Shown here piece by piece: positions 57,500 to 64,000 of a DNA stretch of 64,000 nucleotides. The stretch's first letter is position 1; every line of letters begins with the position of its first letter. This DNA is from the human T2T-CHM13v2.0 reference genome, Homo sapiens. A program made the position numbers and the translations under genes. Location: NCBI RefSeq assembly GCF_009914755.1, contig NC_060928.1. One strand, 5' to 3'. The notes under the pieces are model-generated. The model had not been told where the DNA came from, searched no databases, and was given only the letters and a program-made list of their open reading frames with translations.

Positions 57500-58189
57500 C
57501 TGTGGTGGGGGGAGAAAAAAAAAAGGTAGAAACAAAACAGAGACTTAGGATAATGACAGCTTTTTTTTTTTTTTTCATTAAAATGCTAATGATGACCACA
57601 TATTTCCAGATAACCATGTTTATGAATTATTCATAGTCGCATGCAAGATGAAGTCTCCCTGTCACCGCAGGCAGGCCCAGGGCTTGCTGATGATTAGCAT
57701 GCAGGCCCTGCAATAAGTGTGACAGAGGTGCAGGTCACTGGAAGGCTTGACCAGGGCTGGCCTTCTCTGACCCCCATCAAAAGTCCAGGCAATCTCACCT
57801 GCGTTTCCCTGATGCTTTTCTATTCTTCCTTAACATCAAGGAATAGCACTGCCTGGCTGTTTGCTCTGACATCTGAACTAATATCCTATAAAACTTTAAA
57901 AGCTTGAAATGAGGAAATTTTTTTTTCTGTATTGGAGAGGTTAGATGTCATGTTGATTGGAAAAAAAAAAAAACTTTTCAGTGACATATAACATATAGAA
58001 AATGCACACACGACAATGGACAGCTCAATGTATTTTCCGAAACTGAAAATACACCAGATGAAAAACCAGAACATTATCAGCACTGCAGAAGTCCCCTTCA
58101 TGCTCCCTTCTAAGGGTGACTCCTACGCAGAAATTATTTTTGCCCATTTTTGTGGCCATCAAGTCGATTTACTGTCAGTTGATTTTTTA

Positions 58190-59880
58190 TTTAAAAAACA
58201 TATGCAGAACACCTACTATACACCCAGCACCATGCTAAGCACTGTAGCTACAAAGATGAATAAGATACCATCTCTATCTCTAAGGAAAGTGAAGTCTAGG
58301 GGAGGCAAAGGATGCACACAAACTGGCCACCCTAGGGCCATGGGATGAGCATAATCATTGAGATTCATATCAAGCATGGGCGTCTAGTCCAGAAATGGAC
58401 AGGTCAGGGAGGCCTTCCAAGAAAAGGGGATGCCTAGCATGTCCTAAGGCTGGGTAGGAGTTAGCCGCGCTAGGGATGCGAGACAAGGCGATGGAAAAGG
58501 GAAAGGTAAGAAACCGCATGGTATAGTCCAGAGTTGCTGGCCACTCTCTAGAGTGAGGCCTGCAGAGTGAGGCCAGAAAAGAAGCCTGGAGCCAGATGGC
58601 AACCATGTACATGTCTCAAAGAACTCTGACTTTATCCTGGGTGTAAACAGCCACTGATGGGTCAGATCTGGGTTTTGGATGCATGATTCTCTGGGTGGAT
58701 TTGAAGCGGGCAGGGTAGAGGCAGGAGACCTGTTCGGTTGTTACAATCATTCAGGGAGAAGGAAAGGGTGGAGATTAGGGCAGTAGAAGTAGGTAGAGAA
58801 GAGGAGAGAAGAATTAGTACTTGGAACCATCCGGAAGTTCAAAGCAGAACACTAGGTTTATTACACATGGGTGGATGGTAGTGACAACCAAGGTAGAGAA
58901 CATAGGAGAAGAAATAAGGAAGACAAGGAATTTAGTTTGGGGCACTAGAAACTGAGGCATCAGTGGCTCACGCCTGTAATCCCAGCACTTTGGGAGGCCA
59001 AGGCAGGCGGATCACCTGAGGTCGGGAGTTCGGGACCAGCCTGACCAACAGGGAGAAACCCCGTCTCTACTAAAAATACAAAATTAGCTGGGCATGGTAG
59101 TACATGCCTGTAATCCCAGCTACTCAGGAGGCTGAGGCAGGAAAATCGCTTGAACCTGGGAGGCGGAGGTTGTAGTAAGCTGAGATCGTGCCATTGCATA
59201 CTCCAGCCTGGGCAGCAAGAGTGAAACTCCGTCTCAAAAAAAAAAAAAAGAGAGAGAAATTGAAGCGTGGAAGATTCAGGGGGAGATACTGAGATATTCT
59301 TGAGCGTAAAGCCTGGAGAAGCAGCTTGAGAAAAACATAAAGGCATAAAAGTGATTACAACATAGAAAGGAGCAGAGATTGTGTCAGTGAGTGACGTCAC
59401 TGCAGGAACATAGACAGAAGGAGAACATTACAGGATCAGTGCAGAATCCTGGAGAACACACATAACAGAATGTGCAGAGGAAAACCATCTTTTGAAGAAG
59501 ACCCAGGAAGAATGGTAGAGAGGTACCACGGGATAGAAAGAGATGAATAAAGATAAAAAATGAAAAGTATACCTTTGGATTTGACATTTAAGAAGTCACT
59601 GTCCACCTTGATGGAGAGCTGTTTTAGTGAAGTGGTGGAGGCAGAGATAACAGAATAAACAGAGCAAGTGGAAGAGCCCAGGAAAGGGAATGCGTGGCTG
59701 CTGGAAGAGACTAAGTGCTCACAGCGCATGGCTACAGGCTGAAGGACTCAGTTCAGGGGGAGAGGCTGAAAGTCTAAGGGGGAAGAGGTAAAGATGGCCT
59801 GAGATCTCAAAAGAGGTGGGCCAAAGGGTCAGGAGTACAGATGAAGGGACTGACCTCGAAGAAGAGGGGAGTCCACAATC
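58190..59880 (-). mobile_element. L2 fragments, split by an Alu
   Basis: aaaacatatgcagaacacctactat...gacagagatgaataag-like tail; tttggatttgaca...agaagtcactg. Confidence 0.6.
58961..59249 (+). mobile_element. AluSp-like, slightly 5'-truncated
   Basis: gtcgggagttcg...ctgaccaacagggagaaacc; degenerate TSD agaaa(c/t)tga(g/a)gc(a/g)t. Confidence 0.9.
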
Positions 59881-59902
59881 CTCGGATATTAGAAGGAAAG
59901 TA

Positions 59903-60188
59903 CAGTAGCTCCCCTTTGTCCATGGGGGATGCATTCCAGGATCCCCAGTGGATGCCTGAAATCATGGATAGAACCAAGCCCTATCTACCTATACTATGTT
60001 TTTTCCTATACATATGTACCGATGATAAAGTTTAATTTCTAAATTAGGCACAGTAAGAGATTAACAATGATACCCAATAATAAAATAGAGCAAGTGAATG
60101 TGGTCTCTATTTCTCATAACTATCTTAGTGTACTGTACTATGGGAAACTGCAATCACAGAAATGAAACTGGGTAAGTGGGGGCTACAG
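59903..60188. mobile_element. MER44/Tigger7-type DNA transposon
   Basis: cagtagctcccctt...cccagtggatgcctgaaa...aaattaggcacagtaagagattaac...gggggctac. Confidence 0.7.
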
Positions 60189-60591
60189 GGAAGATAAATC
60201 TGGCTATAGTAAGTTCATAATGAATAGTATTGGGATTTGGAGGCAATAGACCAAATTGCATCAATGTTTCTAGAAAATAGTTGGCAACGTCTCTTTGTTG
60301 AGAATGAGATGACAGGTAAATGGTCTGAGGACATGGATCTTGAAATTCTTGGTTTCTGGCAAGCAATCCCCCCAAATTAAAGTAGTCTAAGTCTGTTTTA
60401 AGGTAAACAAACAAACAAGGCAGTTTGTACCAAGATAGAAAAGAGCATTTATAAGTTCTACCCCTAAGAGTAGAACTTCAGAGTATCAAAAAATACTATT
60501 ATAAGCAAAAGATCTGGAAGATGTCTTTTCTTAAAATGATCTCAGGCTTTGGGTGTCAACATTTCCAAAGGTGTACGTGTAGTTTAATTAA

Positions 60592-60912
<321 letters not shown>

Positions 60913-62116
60913 CTACCCACCATCTTAGAAAGCTTCTTGAATTGCTCCAATTCAAAGGTCCTTCCTACCATGGATAAACTACTGAAAATGAAAAAGAGGC
61001 AGACATTTGAGAGTAAAGGCAAGAAGGAAGGGAGAATGGGTTGGCAGTGGCACCTGCCACTGAGACTTCCTAGCTGCCTCTTAAAACAGTAGTTATGCCA
61101 TCCCACTGTGATCTCCTGAACGCTTTTCCATCTAGGGTTTTAGCCAATTCAGAAATGGAGTGGAGTGACTTTATACTTGGAAAGTATCCCAGTAATGCCA
61201 AAGGAGCAAGATTCATTAGAAACCCGATGCGATGGAAAACACCTGGAAAAGCAGCTTTTATGTTCCCCAGACAGCCTTTGTGATCTCAAAAACTCTAAGA
61301 CTGCTCTGCGGTTTGTCTATTCCGTTAACAGGAACAAGATCCAGGCCATTTCTGGAACTTGAAAGGATTTTAGAACCAATGCTATCTGCACTGAAGTCAG
61401 TCAGGACAGAGATGGTTTCAAAGGCATCAGATGCCTACTAACTGGAACACTCATCTCTGTATCCTCGGGGCATAGGATGTAGTAAGCAGTCAATAAATGT
61501 GAAATAAATCAATAAACCAATACATTAGTGAAAAGCTTTCACAACTAGGAGGTAAGGAGGCCAATTAAATGGTGAGAACAGAAATAGTCTATTTCTTCTT
61601 TTCCTACCCTAACTGACTCAAAGCAAAGCTGCAAATCACATTCAGCTGCATTTATACTTTTCACAGAAGAAAATCTTTATGAACTCATAAATATGAACTT
61701 GTAAGTAAATACTGCATGTTAAGTGGGAGGACTCAGAAATTATGAAACACAAGATGCCTCTTAAATGGGAAAATAGATGGGTATGAACATTTTGAGGACA
61801 CAAAGCAACAGAAATTGCAGACTTTACATCTGTCTGCCTTCTTTGTCATCCTCCCCTGTGAAGGACAGGACATCATTACTCTCACAGCATGGTGCCTCTC
61901 CTCCCAGATGCTCATTCACACAACCCACTTCAGTTTAACCTGCTGGGGCAGTAAGATAAATAGTCATGAGATAACCAAGTCTCGCTTCCTTGAAAATTTT
62001 AAAAATTCACCTTGGTTGCAGGTCTGTTTTAGTCCTAATATATATTTCTATTACTCACAATTTTACTTCTTTTATAATAAAAGAAGCCCTGAGGTATCAT
62101 GATCTTACTGGACACA

Positions 62117-62420
62117 TTTTATTTTATTTTACTTATTTATTTTTTGAGACAGAGTTTCACTCCTGTCGCCCAGACTGGAGTGCGGTGGTGAGATCTCGGC
62201 TCACTCCAGTCTCCGCCTCCTGGGTTCAAGTGATTCTTGTATCTCAGACACGCAAGTAGCTGGGATTACAGGCATGCACCACCACACCCGACTAATTTTT
62301 AGTAGAGACAGGGTTTTACCACATTGGCCAGGTTGGTCTTGAGCTCCTGACCTCAAGCGATCCACCCGCCTCGGCCTCCCAAAGTGCTGGGACTACAGGC
62401 GTGAGCCACCATGCCTGGCC
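62117..62420 (-). mobile_element. AluS
   Basis: Alu match; TSD about acacattttat. Confidence 0.9.
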
Positions 62421-63165
62421 TGAACACATTTTATATTACGCAGCAGCACAAGGTAATATTTGTCTAAAAATAACTTTAATAATAAAGCTTCCAAAGGTGA
62501 GGAATAGTTTTTTTTATTAGTATGTACCACGTGACATTTTTCTGAACTGTTAAAAAATAACTTGATCCTGAAAACATCAAATCTGATTGTGTCCATCTGA
62601 CTAGCAATATCTCGGGAAGGAAATCAACCTTTGAGACTTCTTTCTACTCTTAAGAACGCTAAGATCAAGATAAATATACGCTATTCACTTGAATGCAAGC
62701 CATCAAGGAAAGGAAGGGAATATATTTGCCAGTCTACAAAGTGTTTAGTGTGCAGCTTTTTAATTACTGCATTTACGGTACTAGCCATAATATATTCACT
62801 ATCACAAATGCTCTACAAAGTCATTAATCCTCAACAAATACATTAATGCTTCCCTCCTCTCCTACAAGTTCTTACTATGCTGATGTGGGGCAAAAATGCC
62901 AAGAATTCTCTCCAAAGTAAACATTTCATGCCAACAGCCACTAGTTCTACAATGCTCATTTCACTATTTTAAGATATGTAATAGCTCTGCTTAAGCATTT
63001 CCTGCTGTTGACCTAAAAGATAAGTTTGTACACAAAAAATTTTTAAATGGCTTTACTTAAAGCAACAATTTTTAATAGAAAGGTGATGTAAGCTATCTAA
63101 AAGGTTGCTTATGCTCTTCCAAAATAATATATTCTATAATTCAATAATTATAATTCTCTGCATCA

Positions 63166-63520
<355 letters not shown>

Positions 63521-64000
63521 TTAAAAAAAATCTCAAAGAATAAGACATTGAGAATGATCACGATTTTCAAAACAGCTGAAGGATTACCCATTTAAGTATC
63601 AAAATGGGTTTAATTTCAACCATAGTGGATTAATTTTTTTTTCTAAAAGGTAATGCCTTCTTCAGAGAATCCAGAATATGATTAATCTTTGTTTGGTGAC
63701 ACAGGATCATCAACATGACTATAAATTACTTGCTCTGCTGGAACATGAGAATACTAACTCCAAGGAAAAGGAGTGGCAGCAGTTACTGGGTAGGAGCTGG
63801 GTTTCTACCACCACAAAGAGAGCTGGATGGGGAGTTACTATAAAGCACAGGGTGCAATGAGAATCAAAAGGAAGAGACTGCTGAAGTTCTCACAACAAGG
63901 AAAGCACAGATATAAATACACTCTGGAGAGCCCAAGGGGAAATCCAAGTTACAGAGCCAGGTCTGAAGTCAAGAGCTGTGGCCGACTAGAGTCAGGATCT

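Overview
Human genomic DNA (an AluYg6-type element indicates Homo sapiens) from the 5' half of APBB2 (FE65-like 1, amyloid-beta precursor protein-binding family B member 2), transcribed on the minus strand. Three exons are supported by splice signals and reading-frame continuity: a 98-nt 5'UTR exon (57402-57499), a 69-nt exon with the start codon (25061-25129, CDS 25061-25079, MSEVLP) and an 816-nt coding exon (5402-6217, residues 7-278). The rest is intron, filled with about 30 Alus, an SVA, a 5'-truncated ERV9/LTR12 provirus, solo LTRs (MER9, MER66-like, an unassigned ERV1-type LTR), L1/L2/MIR fragments and DNA-transposon relics. Almost all other ORFs in the track are repeat-derived or chance. 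I see no wholly new gene system. The best leads are hypotheses: (1) the symmetric 816-nt exon lies between inverted Alus and would form a stop-free circRNA; (2) a strong-context uORF spans the UTR-exon junction, ends 13 nt before a weak-context main ATG, and starts in an exon with upstream UGCAUG motifs; (3) two template-switch repair scars (12364-12476, and 29250-29481 with its donor at 30919-31117). Repeat boundaries and subfamily names are by eye and approximate; exon boundaries were counted to the base.
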